From Candidatus Multivorans sp. (GTDB lineage Bacteria > Acidobacteriota > Thermoanaerobaculia > Multivoradales > Multivoraceae), in contig OZ245033.1 of assembly GCA_965224025.1 (NCBI GenBank), forward strand, positions 3,840,001 to 3,904,000: DNA of 64,000 nt, written 5' to 3'. The notes beneath the pieces were generated by a model. That model searched no databases and was not told the origin of the DNA. It saw only the letters and a program-made list of their open reading frames with translations. Position numbers and translations under genes: made by a program. Numbering within the stretch: the first letter of the stretch is position 1; each line of letters begins with the position of its first letter. Below, piece by piece: positions 48,052 through 58,610 of the stretch.

Positions 48052-49000
48052 GTGCGAGAGATGGTCCTGAACCACGCGAGCCTCAACGGCTCGCGACAGG
48101 AAGCAGTCCGATGGCTCGGGGACGTGGCGCAAGGCATGGCCGCACTCGTCGAAGCGGGCGTCGTCGAAGGGTCCCTACGGACCGTCGCCGCGGCGGCGGA
48201 GCTTCGCTCACCGCGAGGATGGTCGCTCTTCGAGGCGTACCGAGGCCTGGGTCAGGTCGGCATGCGGGACGAGGGCATCTTCCTCTTGCGGCTGACCTCC
48301 AAGGCACCCCTGCTGAGCGCCGTTTCCGAGACGATCAAGAGTCGGTTCCTCGCCTGTGAGGCCCGCGACTGCGAGAGCCGCAGGCTCTCGACCACGGAAG
48401 GAGAGCCTCTCGTCCTTTGCGCCGTCGGTGATGGCGTTGCCGTCAGTTTCCCCTCCGAACCGGTCTGGGACCGAGACTCGCTGACGGTCCGATTCCATGA
48501 GCTGCTTCCCAACGACGAGCTCTTCGAAGCAGCGGAAGACGTCGACAACCTCGCCCGATCCGGTCATGCGCAGCCGATCCTCTACAGACATCGCGCGGGG
48601 CTCGCGGACCGCTGTTCCAGCGGCCGCGAGCTCCGGGCCCATCGCCGGTCCCTCTATCCTCATCTTCGGTTCGGTCCCCGACGTGGAGGCCAACCTGGAG
48701 CGACTGGACTCCGGCCTGTTGTCCGTCGTGCTGAAGAGGCTCGGGCACCTGGACGAGGCCGCTGACCAATGGGAGACAGGGGCCGCGCCGGCTTGGCCGT
48801 GCAAGGTCACGCCGGAGAGCGAGAGCACGATGAACAACCCGAGGTACCGCCGTGCTCGGATCTTCCGTTCCGTTAGCGGTGCCCGCGAGATCTTCGCGTG
48901 GCATGCCCGTTTCGGCGACAGCGGACGCATCCACCTGCGCTTCGAGGCCCGGGAACATATCGTCGAGATCGGCTACATTGGCATGCACCTTCCAATCTGA
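48052..49000 (+). pseudogene. putative defence effector (NsnC position), frameshifted at 48676-48679
   Basis: Two overlapping ORFs join if one C is removed from GGTCCCCGAC (HLRFGP|DVEANL); C-terminal WHAR...RIH..IGYIG.HL. Confidence 0.65.
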
Positions 49001-49072
49001 ACGGCCGTTGTCATGGCCTCGTCTGGTTGGGCGTGAGAACTTTGGCGGAAACGCGAAACCGAGAGAACATCT

Positions 49073-49309
49073 TTGGGGATCCAGATCACGATTCGTGATG
49101 TCCCGGAGCAGGTCAGGGACGAACTCGCCGCCCGGGCCGCGCTGCAGCGCAAGTCGATGCAGGAGTTTCTGCGCGGTGAGTTGGAGAGGATCGCGTCGCG
49201 TCCCTCGCTCGAGGTCTGGCTCCAGACCGTCAGGGAACGCAAGGACGCCGCCGGGACCCGCGTAGATGCGGCCACGATCCTCCAGGCCCGCGCCGCGTGC
49301 CGAAAGTAG
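49073..49309 (+). CDS. FitA-like ribbon-helix-helix antitoxin
   Basis: ITIRDVPEQVRDELAARAA...SMQEFLR. Confidence 0.78.
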   Translation: MGIQITIRDVPEQVRDELAARAALQRKSMQEFLRGELERIASRPSLEVWLQTVRERKDAAGTRVDAATILQARAACRK

Positions 49310-49342
49310 CGCTAGTCCCTCGACGCGTCCGCGTTGCTAGCA
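49309..49342 (+). pseudogene. remnant of a VapC/PIN toxin N-terminus
   Basis: CTA GTC (C) CTC GAC GCG TCC GCG TTG CTA GCA = LVLDASALLA directly after the antitoxin. Confidence 0.5.
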
Positions 49343-49399
49343 TCAGGTTGTGGTCGTGGAGCCAGGAAGCGTACGGAACAGCCCATGACTTGCGTCACG

Positions 49400-49606
49400 G
49401 AAGCGGTCGTTGAAGCAGAACCCTTCGGCCCCAAGCGAAGTCGCCACCAGGAACTCGTCAGGCTCTACCACGCGATCACGGGGTCCGGCGTCTCAACCGA
49501 TGTCCTCGTCTTCTCGCAGGAGGATGTCGACTACTGGCGCGACTCGCTGAACCACGTCCTGGCGCGGGCGCCGCGTGAGGGGAAGGTGCTCTATGAGCGA
49601 CCCTAA
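49400..49606 (+). pseudogene. C-terminal fragment of a minimal nucleotidyltransferase (MNT antitoxin)
   Basis: VVE...DVLVFS..D...W......AR..REGKVLYE; the N-terminal GS/DxD motif is absent. Confidence 0.6.
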
Positions 49607-49713
49607 GTGCGCCCGGATGATGTTGCGCGCGGCCGAACGCGATGTCGAAGCACTCCGGGTCATGGGCGACCCCAACGCAACCTCGGACGAGGTCTTCGGG
49701 TTTCACGTCCAAC
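49593..49713 (+). pseudogene. N-terminal fragment of a HEPN-domain protein
   Basis: MSDPKCARMMLRAAERDVEAL...FGFHVQ, broken off at the 3' end of the opposite-strand gene. Confidence 0.6.
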
Positions 49714-52700
49714 CTAATCTTCGATCTCAACCTCCGCGGCCCGCCGCCGCTCCGTCCAGACGGTCCGGACCTGGTTCCCCCATCGCAGCGTGTACTCCCC
49801 CACCGGCAGATTGGAAATCGTCTCGCCCACGGCGAAGGCCGAGGCGCCGCCGAACCAGAGCCGCAGCTTTCCAAGGTCCCAGCCGCCAGGGCCGGTGACC
49901 TGCACCGCGGCGGTCGACGGCTCGCCTTCCAGGACGATCGAGGAGTTCGACTCAAACGGGTCGACCTCGACGCCCCGCTCCAGCGCGCGTTCCAGGTCCT
50001 GCCAACCGGCGAGAACCCAGCGTCCGTCCGCCTGACAGGCGACGCGGACGCGATCGGGAAGCGGCGGTGTCAGTTGCGTCCTCGCAACGCCGCCATCGAT
50101 CCGAGCCACCCGCTGCCCGGCCCTTTCCATCTCGATGAAGCAGAACCCACCGCCGCCGCCGCGAATGTGCACGGCGATTTCGTCGTTCGGCGGGTCGTCA
50201 CCAAGCTGGAGTTGCACCGTTTGACGGTCGCTGAAGTCCCGCAGCTCGACATCGACGAAGTCGGACCGCAGCAGGCGGAACCGTGCCCGCAACTGGTACA
50301 CGCCAGGCGCCAGGCCCAGAACCTGGAATCGACCGCCCTGATCGGAGACGACCCAGGACCGCTCGGGGAAGACATCGATCGTCGCTGACTGGACCGTCCG
50401 ACCATCGGGGTCGGTCACGACGCCTTCGATCGACACCCCGCCGTAGTCGAAGTTCAGTGTGACTTCATCGCCCGGTCCGTCCGGGACGGTCACCTCCCGG
50501 AACTCCTGCTGTCCGCCGCCGGGCTCCGACCAACTGACCTCCCAGCCGCCGGGAAGCACTGCGTCCCGGCGGTAGCGGCCTTCGCTGTCCAGACCGACCT
50601 CGAAGGAGTGCGGGCGCCGGGAGAGGGCGCTACTCACAACGGCAATCTGCCCCAGTCCCTCGGAGATGCTCCGATTCTCCGACCACCAGAGTTTGCCGCC
50701 CGCAGGCTGACCCGCCATGGTGACCCGGCCCTGCACGCGCATCGTACGGCGGTTACAGGTGACGACGACATCCCCCTTGCCGTCTTCCTCCGCTCTCTCG
50801 CAAACGGGCTCCCCCCGCTCGTAGACCACCAGGTTGAAGGGGTCGTCGGGCACCGCCTCGACGACTGCTTCACCTTCGATCAACATCCCCTCGATCCGAT
50901 CCCCCGGCAGTCCCTTCAGACCCGGATCGAGTTCCACCCGCCCCCGATCGACATCGGAGCGAACAGTGACCTGCCGACCGCGGGAGAGCTCGATGGTGCC
51001 TGGATCGACCCAATCGACCGCCTCGGCCTCGACCGTGAACTGGCGGGGCGCAAACCCGTCAGCCTCCACGCGCAGGTTCGAAGCGCCCAACTCCAGACCG
51101 TGGAGTTCGAAGTAGCCCTCCTGGTCCGTAGCGACCTCCGCGATATCGCCGATCATGGACGAGAAGACGGGGCCGTACTCCGACGGGCGCAGGTAAGACA
51201 CCGATGCCCCTGACACCGGCGCGTAGTCCTCAGTGACGACATAGCCCGAGACCCAGGCCGACGCCGGCGCCACGATGACCCCAAGGCGACGCACTTCCCG
51301 CGGCGCCCCCCGCACCTCCAAACGGCGGACACCGGTGTTGCCGGCCATGAACTCGAGTTCCCAGACGCCCGGGCGAAGATCGATCGAGAACGAACCGTCA
51401 GGCTCCAGGTTCTTGACTGTGAAGGTGTTGGACATCCGGACCGTCAGACGGCCACGTATGGCAGGCGTCTGCCCATCAGCCGCGACATAGACGCCTTCGA
51501 TGGTGAAAGCCGGCGACAGCGGGATGCCGAACGGCTCCTGCGGCGACCTGCCGACCCCCCGGGGCAGATCGACAACCTCATGTGTGTACCCCTCGGCGCC
51601 GACTCCGATGCGGCGTCCGCCTTGGGTCGATACGGCCACCACGCCGTCGTCGCCAGCGACCGTCATCTCTCCACCGAAGACGTTGACCCGCCCTCTGGCT
51701 ATCGCCGCACCGGTCTCTGCATCGAGCACCCGGATCCACACCCGCTCAAGACGGCCCAGGACGATCCGGCCAAGGTCCACCGAGTCGTCCAGCGTCAGGG
51801 AACGGACGAACTCCAAATCGCCGGCATCCGCGCGCAGAGACACCGCCCCGCGAGGGAACCCGGTCAGCTCGAAGCGTCCGTTCGGACCGGATCGGCTCTC
51901 GTGCCGCTGTCGCAAGCTAAAGCCATCCGGCACCCTGGAGGAACCAAGGACCTGCACCTCGACCGGCTCCCCCGTTTCGTCCACCAGTTGACCGCTGACA
52001 GACAACCCCGCTTCCAGTTCGATCGCCGGAGGCACGCGCTGAAGTTCAAGAAACGCGACAGCCATTCGGTTCGCGCTGGAGACCAGGACCGGCGACTGGT
52101 GTCCAGAGGGCAGGGTGAGGCCAACTCGGCCGTCGCTATCCGAAGACGCGAAGCCGAGCAGTTCCGGCGGGCGCATACCAGCGAGGCTTCCCGGTCGGAC
52201 CAGATGGAATCGGGCAGCCGCGAGCGGTTCGCCATCCGCCGTGATGAGGTGCGAGAAGACAGCCGAGGGCAGCAAAGTCAAGTCAACCGAGTCCTCGTCA
52301 GCCGGCACGTCGAGCCACGTGGACGCCTGTTCCTCCGCAACCGCCTGAACCCGCCAGGGATCGGTGCTACGCGGGAGAGTGAGCGATCCGGATGTCGTCG
52401 TCACCACCGGCAAGAGGGAACGCGGTACATCCCGCCACATTTCGGCCGGCGCGGCAGCGAAACGGAATGAACCGGGTCTTCCCTGAGTCTCAACCGGATC
52501 GCTCCCTGCCGCCGGTTGGACGATCCGCAAACTCAACCAGCTAGTCGACGCCACCGCCGCTTCACAAGTGCCGACCGGATCGTCACCGCGCTGGATACGC
52601 TGCGGGGGACAGGCAGCGCTCCAGGACCAGCAGTGCGTGAGCGGCAGCTCCGCCGCACCGGTCTCGAGACGCTGCCAGAGGCCGTCCGGCCCACCCGGCG

Positions 52701-52869
52701 TTGCTTCGGACGCAAACGCCCGCCGGTTCTCGTCCAGACAGACGAACCGCATGGCCTCGCCGCCTGCAACTGCTTCCTCCTGCCCGACAGCAGGAACCGC
52801 TGAAAGGCAGAGGACCGTGAACAACGCAACGGCGGCCCTTCCGAGCAGGCGAGGAGCGTCATCGGCCAT
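49714..52869 (-). CDS. large secreted protein with tandem carboxypeptidase-regulatory-like (Cna-B-like) domains
   Basis: Signal peptide, repeated G.V.D..G.PV / TD..G.F.L.GL..G units. Confidence 0.8.
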   Translation of the reverse strand: MADDAPRLLGRAAVALFTVLCLSAVPAVGQEEAVAGGEAMRFVCLDENRRAFASEATPGGPDGLWQRLETGAAELPLTHCWSWSAACPPQRIQRGDDPVGTCEAAVASTSWLSLRIVQPAAGSDPVETQGRPGSFRFAAAPAEMWRDVPRSLLPVVTTTSGSLTLPRSTDPWRVQAVAEEQASTWLDVPADEDSVDLTLLPSAVFSHLITADGEPLAAARFHLVRPGSLAGMRPPELLGFASSDSDGRVGLTLPSGHQSPVLVSSANRMAVAFLELQRVPPAIELEAGLSVSGQLVDETGEPVEVQVLGSSRVPDGFSLRQRHESRSGPNGRFELTGFPRGAVSLRADAGDLEFVRSLTLDDSVDLGRIVLGRLERVWIRVLDAETGAAIARGRVNVFGGEMTVAGDDGVVAVSTQGGRRIGVGAEGYTHEVVDLPRGVGRSPQEPFGIPLSPAFTIEGVYVAADGQTPAIRGRLTVRMSNTFTVKNLEPDGSFSIDLRPGVWELEFMAGNTGVRRLEVRGAPREVRRLGVIVAPASAWVSGYVVTEDYAPVSGASVSYLRPSEYGPVFSSMIGDIAEVATDQEGYFELHGLELGASNLRVEADGFAPRQFTVEAEAVDWVDPGTIELSRGRQVTVRSDVDRGRVELDPGLKGLPGDRIEGMLIEGEAVVEAVPDDPFNLVVYERGEPVCERAEEDGKGDVVVTCNRRTMRVQGRVTMAGQPAGGKLWWSENRSISEGLGQIAVVSSALSRRPHSFEVGLDSEGRYRRDAVLPGGWEVSWSEPGGGQQEFREVTVPDGPGDEVTLNFDYGGVSIEGVVTDPDGRTVQSATIDVFPERSWVVSDQGGRFQVLGLAPGVYQLRARFRLLRSDFVDVELRDFSDRQTVQLQLGDDPPNDEIAVHIRGGGGGFCFIEMERAGQRVARIDGGVARTQLTPPLPDRVRVACQADGRWVLAGWQDLERALERGVEVDPFESNSSIVLEGEPSTAAVQVTGPGGWDLGKLRLWFGGASAFAVGETISNLPVGEYTLRWGNQVRTVWTERRRAAEVEIED

Positions 52870-55800
52870 CGACCTCGACCTCGACCTCGACGGCACGCCG
52901 TCTCTCGGTCCACACGGTGCGCACCTGATTCCCCCAGCGCAGTGTGTACTCGCCGACCGGCAGGTTCGAGATCGTGTCGCCGCCGCCGAACCAGAGCCGC
53001 AGTCTTCCAAGATCCCAACCGCCCGGGCCGGTGACCTGCACCGCGGCGGTCGACGGGCCGCCGGTCAGGACGATCGAGGAGGTCGACTCGAAGGGGTCGA
53101 CCTCGACGCCCCGGTCGAGTGCCCGTTCCATGTCCTGCCAACCGGTGAGAACCCAGCGTCCGTCTGCCAGGCAGGCGACGCGCACGCGGTCGGTGAGCGG
53201 CGGAGTGAGTTTCGTGCTCGCGACGCCGCCATCGATCCGGATCACACGCTGTCCTGACGCTTCCATCTCGATGAAGCACAACCCGCTGCCGCCACCGCGT
53301 ATGTGAACGGTGATTTCGTCGTTGGACGGATCGTCGCTGAGTTGGAGCTGCACGGTCTGACGGTCGCTGAAGTCCCGCAGTTCGACGTCGACGAGCTCGG
53401 ATCGCTGGTGCCGGAACCGCGCCCGCAACTGGTAGGCGCCCGGCGCCAGCCCCAGGACCTGGAATCGGCCGTTCGGATCCGAGATGACCGCCGAACGCTG
53501 AGGAAAGACGTCGACCGTCGCGAAGTGGACCGGCTGGCCTTCCGGATCGCTCACAACGCCTTCGATCGACACGCCGCCGTAGTCGAAGTTCAGGGTGACT
53601 TCTCCGCCCGGAGCCTCCGGAACGGTGACTTCGCGGCGCTCCGGCTGGCCGCCACCGGGCGGCGACCAACGGACGTTCCAGTCGCCGGGAAGCACTGCCT
53701 CGAGGCGGTAGTTGCCGTCGAGGTCGACGGAGGCCTGCAGGTTCTGCCGTCGGCTGGGCCCTGTTTCCCGCGTCCTGGTGAGACCGCCGGAGATTGTCGT
53801 CGTGAAGCCTCCCCCGTAGCGGCTGTTCTCCTTCGCATCCCAGAACAGATCTCCGGCACCAGGCTGACCGGCCAGCGTCACGCGGCCGATGACCGTAACC
53901 GTGCTGCGATCGCAGGTGACGACATCGTCGCCGGTGGCCTCCTCCACCTCCTTCTCGCAGACCGCCACGCCATTCTCGGAGACACGGACGACGAAAGCGC
54001 CCTCCGGCACTGCATCGAGCAGCGCCAGGCCCTCCTCAAGATCGCCCGTGATCAGATCCCGCGGCCGGCTTCGGCCGCCGGGGTCAAGCAGGACCTGCCC
54101 GCGCTCGACATCCGAACGCACCGTGATGCGGCGGCCTCGCGAGAGTTCCACCAATCCCGCATCGACCCACTCGACCGCGCTCGCTTCGACTTCGAACTCG
54201 AGCGGCGCGAACCCTTCGGCTTCCACCCGGAGCGTCGATGTTCCCACCTCAAGACCGTGGAGTTCAAATTCGCCATCGACATCCGTGGTGACTGTGGCGA
54301 CCTGGCCCATTGCCCGGGTCATCAACCGGCCGTACTCGGACGGTCGCGCGTAGGACACCGAGGCTTCGAACACCGGCGCGTACTCGGGGTTCACCACGGT
54401 GCCGGAGACCCAGGCCGACGCCGGGGCCACGATGACTCCCAGGTCGCGGGCGTGCCCGGCCGAGCCCTGGACGCTGAGCACCGTCCGCCCGGCATTCGTA
54501 GCCGTCAGTTCCAGGGTGTAGGCGCCTGGCTCGAGCTCGATGTAGAAGGAACCATCCGCGGCGATCGTTCTGTGCCTGGTCGCGCTCCCGTTCCCCATGT
54601 CGCGAGCGGCAATCAGATGCCCGGCGGCGGCCGGAGTTGCGCCATCGGCCGCCATGAACACGCCCTCGACCGTGAAGGCCGGCTCCAGCCGGAGCACCAA
54701 GGGTTCTTCAGCCGTCGCGCCGGCGCCGCCCGCCACATCGACGGGGAGGGTCGGCAGGCCAGGTATCTGGAGTTTCGCAGTCGTGGTGCCGCCGCCGCCG
54801 ATTTTGAACCGCGCCATCCGGTACCCCTTCGCGGAGACCATGAGGCTGCGGCCGAACCGGGGCGACACCTGCGCAATTCCATCCCGGTCCGTCGTGGTCT
54901 GCTCCCCGGCTTCGGACGATGTGCCTGCGCCGGGTATCGACGTTCCACGGCTCGCATCGACGACCTGAATCCAGTAGGTCTCGGCCGCCGCCAGCACGAT
55001 CGACCCAAGATCCAGGGAACCCTCCAGATCGAACGCCTCGGAGTACTCCAATTCGCCGCCGTCGGTTGCAGAGACGCGGCGCCCTTCGTGAAGCCGGTGA
55101 GCGAGAACCGGCCGTCGGGATCGGAGAGCCCCAGGTGGCGCCGCATCACTGGAAGCTCGTGCTCCACCCACGACCGACCCAGCAGCCGCACTCCGGCTAC
55201 GGGCCGTCCTTCCAGGTCGACGGTCCGACCGGTGACGGCAAGGCCTGGACCGAGCTCGACCACCGGCGACGCCGCGGCGAGACGCTCGAACGCCGCCGCG
55301 GTCCGGGCAACGTGGAAGACGAGGACCGCGGCGCGCTCACGCTCGGAGACAGTCAAACTCACCTTGCCATCAGCGTCCGAGATCCCAAAGCCCAGAGCCT
55401 CGGGGTGTACGGAGGCCGTCCCCGAGCCCACCCGCAGCAGGTCCACTCGCGCGCCGGCAAGGGGCGCGCCATCGGCGGTCACCTGCAAGGTGAGATCCAC
55501 CGCCCGCTGCAAAGGGAGCTCCACCGTTCCCTCTTCAGGGGCCACGTCCCGCCAGGTCGAGGCTCGCCCTTTCCGCCAGCGCCTGGAGGCGCCATGTTTC
55601 GTCATTGCGGGGCAGGGAGAACGACGTGGATGCAACGGTCGTCGTCGGCAGCAGGTTTCGTGGCACCTGCCGCCACATGGGCGTCGGCGCCGCGGTCACG
55701 CCGAACTCGGCTGGGGCTGGGCTGGGCCTGCCGCCCCGTCCACCGGATCCGCGTCCCAGTTCGGCGCTTCGGGGTCCAGCATGCGGACGGTCAGCGGCCT

Positions 55801-56097
55801 GAACGAAGCACCGGCGGAGCGGCAGGCGGCCGCCGCGTTCTGTCCGGGCTCGAGAAGCAGCGGTGGACAGGAGTCGCTCCAGGCCCAGCACTCGGCCGGC
55901 GCACGTCCTGCCTGGACATCGTCCCGTCGTTCCCACGTCTCGTCGACAGGCACGGCGATCCCGTTGAGGACGGCGGTTTCACTCTCCTTGAGGCATACGA
56001 ACTGGAACGGGGCATCCGGCGCCGATTCGTCCTGTGCCAACGCCGCGGCTGCAACCGCCCCGACCACCAACCAGAGAACGGCTATGGAAGATCGCAC
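52859..56097 (-). pseudogene. tandem paralogue of the 49714-52869 protein with three frameshifts (~55725, ~55571, ~55069)
   Basis: Four ORF pieces align in sequence to the intact paralogue; highly similar C-terminal ~250 aa. Confidence 0.75.
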
Positions 56098-56101
56098 CGG
56101 C

Positions 56102-57490
56102 CTAGCCCTCCGCCCCGGCCGGTGGACGAACGCGCGCTTCGAACGCCTCCGCGGAGCGTACGTCCCCACCCCGGAGGGCACCGCCGCGGAGCAGGATCAC
56201 CGCACGGTCGCCGCGCAGATCGGCGCGCAAACGCGTGTCGGCGAATTCCGACTCGACCACGCAGGACTGCCTGGTCACGGAACGGAGATCGTCCATGCGG
56301 GCGTGGACCAGGTCCCAGCACACCCTTCCCGTGGGCGGAGGCACCGAGGCGACGATGGAGTCACTGACGGACCCGCCCCGTACGCCAACCGTCGAGATCA
56401 CGGTCCGCCCAGGCTGCTTGTCGGCTTCCTCCGGCTCCTGTCGACGCGGTCCGTTGAGGCCAGGCGGCTGCTGAGTCAGCCAGCCTGCGCCGACGCCAAG
56501 AAGCGGGATCGCATCCGGGGTGAGGTTCTGCCGGCCATCCGCCAGGCCCCCGGAATGGTCGTCCGCCGCATACCGAACGAAGAAGTACACGTTGCCTTCT
56601 CCGTCGGCCACGACTTCGTCGATGATGCGGCGCGGGCCCAACCAGTCGGCCCGAGCGTAGGCATCAAAGAGGGGCGACCGCCCCCACTCTTTGGCCTCGA
56701 TGTCGCAACCGCCCTCGGCGAAGAACGTCTCCGCGTCCAGGCTGTCGTGAAACACGCCCTCGCGGTCGTAGACGAAGACACCGGGTTCCGCTCCCGGAAT
56801 CACGAGCAGGCGATCCTCCGAAACGAAGCGGATCACCGAGAGTTCCGCGTCGCTGCACAACTCCAGGCCGTGTCCGCCGTCCCTGGTCGGCATCAGCCCG
56901 CGAGCCGCTGGCTCGCCGTCGCGGATCAACCAGGCGGCGTGGTCAGCCCAGCCATCCGTGTCCCTGCGGACGAGACCGACCGCCGCGGTCAGCGAACCTC
57001 GCCGGTCGAGGTCGCCAACGTGCTCCAGGTCCGCCAGTGAGTCGATCCCATCCTCGGTCGCCAGGTGGATGCCGGAGAACAGGTCAGTGAACGCCATTCC
57101 GTCGGGCGAGACGGCAAGCCGTCCGTAGTCCCGTTCGTAGCGATTGGAATCGACAACCGCCCGACCCCCGACGTTCAGGACCTCCGCCTCGGGCTCCTCG
57201 AGAGCGACCCTGAGTTGCCCCGCCTTGTCGCCGATGTCCCAGGAGTAGAGACCCCGTCCGATCACACCGAGAAGGAACTCACCGTCCTCCAGCCAGCGAA
57301 CATCGCTCGCCCGGGCGAGCTCATCCGGCAGATCGAGCCGCTCCAACCTCTCCAGGCGCGGCCCGCCCCCCGATTCCTGGGCCCCGAGCGTTCCGGAGAC
57401 CGCCGCCAGCGCCGCCACGACGCACGGTAAAACGATCGCCACGAGGTCGAAGCGACGGCTACCGCTTTCCCGAGACTGCTGGCGCAGCAT
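56102..57490 (-). CDS. secreted or membrane-anchored hypothetical protein, possibly a beta-propeller
   Basis: N-terminal hydrophobic segment, short beta-strand repeats; first gene of an apparent three-gene operon; GGAG RBS. Confidence 0.6.
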   Translation of the reverse strand: MLRQQSRESGSRRFDLVAIVLPCVVAALAAVSGTLGAQESGGGPRLERLERLDLPDELARASDVRWLEDGEFLLGVIGRGLYSWDIGDKAGQLRVALEEPEAEVLNVGGRAVVDSNRYERDYGRLAVSPDGMAFTDLFSGIHLATEDGIDSLADLEHVGDLDRRGSLTAAVGLVRRDTDGWADHAAWLIRDGEPAARGLMPTRDGGHGLELCSDAELSVIRFVSEDRLLVIPGAEPGVFVYDREGVFHDSLDAETFFAEGGCDIEAKEWGRSPLFDAYARADWLGPRRIIDEVVADGEGNVYFFVRYAADDHSGGLADGRQNLTPDAIPLLGVGAGWLTQQPPGLNGPRRQEPEEADKQPGRTVISTVGVRGGSVSDSIVASVPPPTGRVCWDLVHARMDDLRSVTRQSCVVESEFADTRLRADLRGDRAVILLRGGALRGGDVRSAEAFEARVRPPAGAEG

Positions 57491-57564
57491 GTGAGCCTTC
57501 TCCCCTTGGCCTGAGACCCTCAGGCGTCACACATGAACGTGGGTTTCAGGGAGGACAACGTCAG

Positions 57565-58443
57565 CTACGACGGCAGCCATTCCGAGATCGCGGAACCAAT
57601 TTCGTCCGGCGAGTCCTCCTGGATGAAGTGAGAGCCCTTGACCGTCACTTCGGTCTGGTTGGGCCAGGTCCGGCAGATCTCCCTCATCGCGCCAGTAAGG
57701 ATCGCGCCGGGCTTCGCGTTGACGAACAGCTTGGGCACGTCAGAGTCCTTGAGCCAGTCCGCGTAGGACTGCACGATCTCCACCACGTCCTCCGGCTCGC
57801 CGGCGATCGGAATCTGGCGCGGCCAGGTCAGCGTCGGCCGGCGCGATTCGCCCTCGTCCTCGAACGGCCCGCGGTAGACCGCCATCTCCTCCTCCGTCAT
57901 CTTCCGCAGCACCGAACCCGGCAGCACCCGCTCGACGAAGACGTTCTTCGCCAGCACCATCCCCTCGCCCGCCGGCGAACGGAACCCCTGGAACACGCCC
58001 CGCGCGGCCTCGGGCCACGCGTCCCAGGTCGGGACAGGACTCACGATCGCCTCCATGTAGGCGAGGCCGCGCACCGCATCCCGGTGCCGGTTCGCCCAGT
58101 CGAAGCCGAGCGCGGATCCCCAGTCGTGGATCACGAAGACGACGTTCGAATCCACCCCGATCGCCTCGAGCAGCCCGTCGAGGTAGCGCCGGTGCTCCAC
58201 GAAGCGGTATCGATCCGGCCCGCTGTCCGGCAACTTCGCCGAATCGCCCATCCCGATCAGATCCGGCGCCACCAGCCGACCCTGGCCATCCAGGTGCGGC
58301 ATCACGTTGCGCCACAGGTAGGACGAAGTCGGATTGCCGTGCAGAAAGACGATCGGATCGCCCTGACCCTGGTCGACATAGGCCATCTCGCGGCCATGAA
58401 CCTCGATCCGTTTCTTCTCGTAGCGCGCGTCCGCGGAGATCAC
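57565..58443 (-). CDS. haloalkane dehalogenase (LinB/DhaA type)
   Basis: [44 protein letters not shown]. Confidence 0.93.
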   Translation of the reverse strand: MISADARYEKKRIEVHGREMAYVDQGQGDPIVFLHGNPTSSYLWRNVMPHLDGQGRLVAPDLIGMGDSAKLPDSGPDRYRFVEHRRYLDGLLEAIGVDSNVVFVIHDWGSALGFDWANRHRDAVRGLAYMEAIVSPVPTWDAWPEAARGVFQGFRSPAGEGMVLAKNVFVERVLPGSVLRKMTEEEMAVYRGPFEDEGESRRPTLTWPRQIPIAGEPEDVVEIVQSYADWLKDSDVPKLFVNAKPGAILTGAMREICRTWPNQTEVTVKGSHFIQEDSPDEIGSAISEWLPS

Positions 58444-58610
58444 CTACCGGCTCCTCCCGAATTCCAGTCGCGGTGTGGTTGCCAAAGTCTGCGCAGACTA
58501 TTACGGGCGTATGTCCGACACGAAAGGCCCTGCGCACTGGCGCTCGTCACCAGGAAGGCCAATCAACGCCCTTAGCCGTCCCTCCGGTCCCGATGCCGGC
58601 GGCAAACTCG

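Noticed and set aside
53303-57040. 1245-aa plus-strand ORF, and similar long antisense ORFs (7172-8941, 35493-37505, 40394-42199)
   Set aside because: Stop-poor shadow frames of high-GC genes on the opposite strand, with no recognisable motifs
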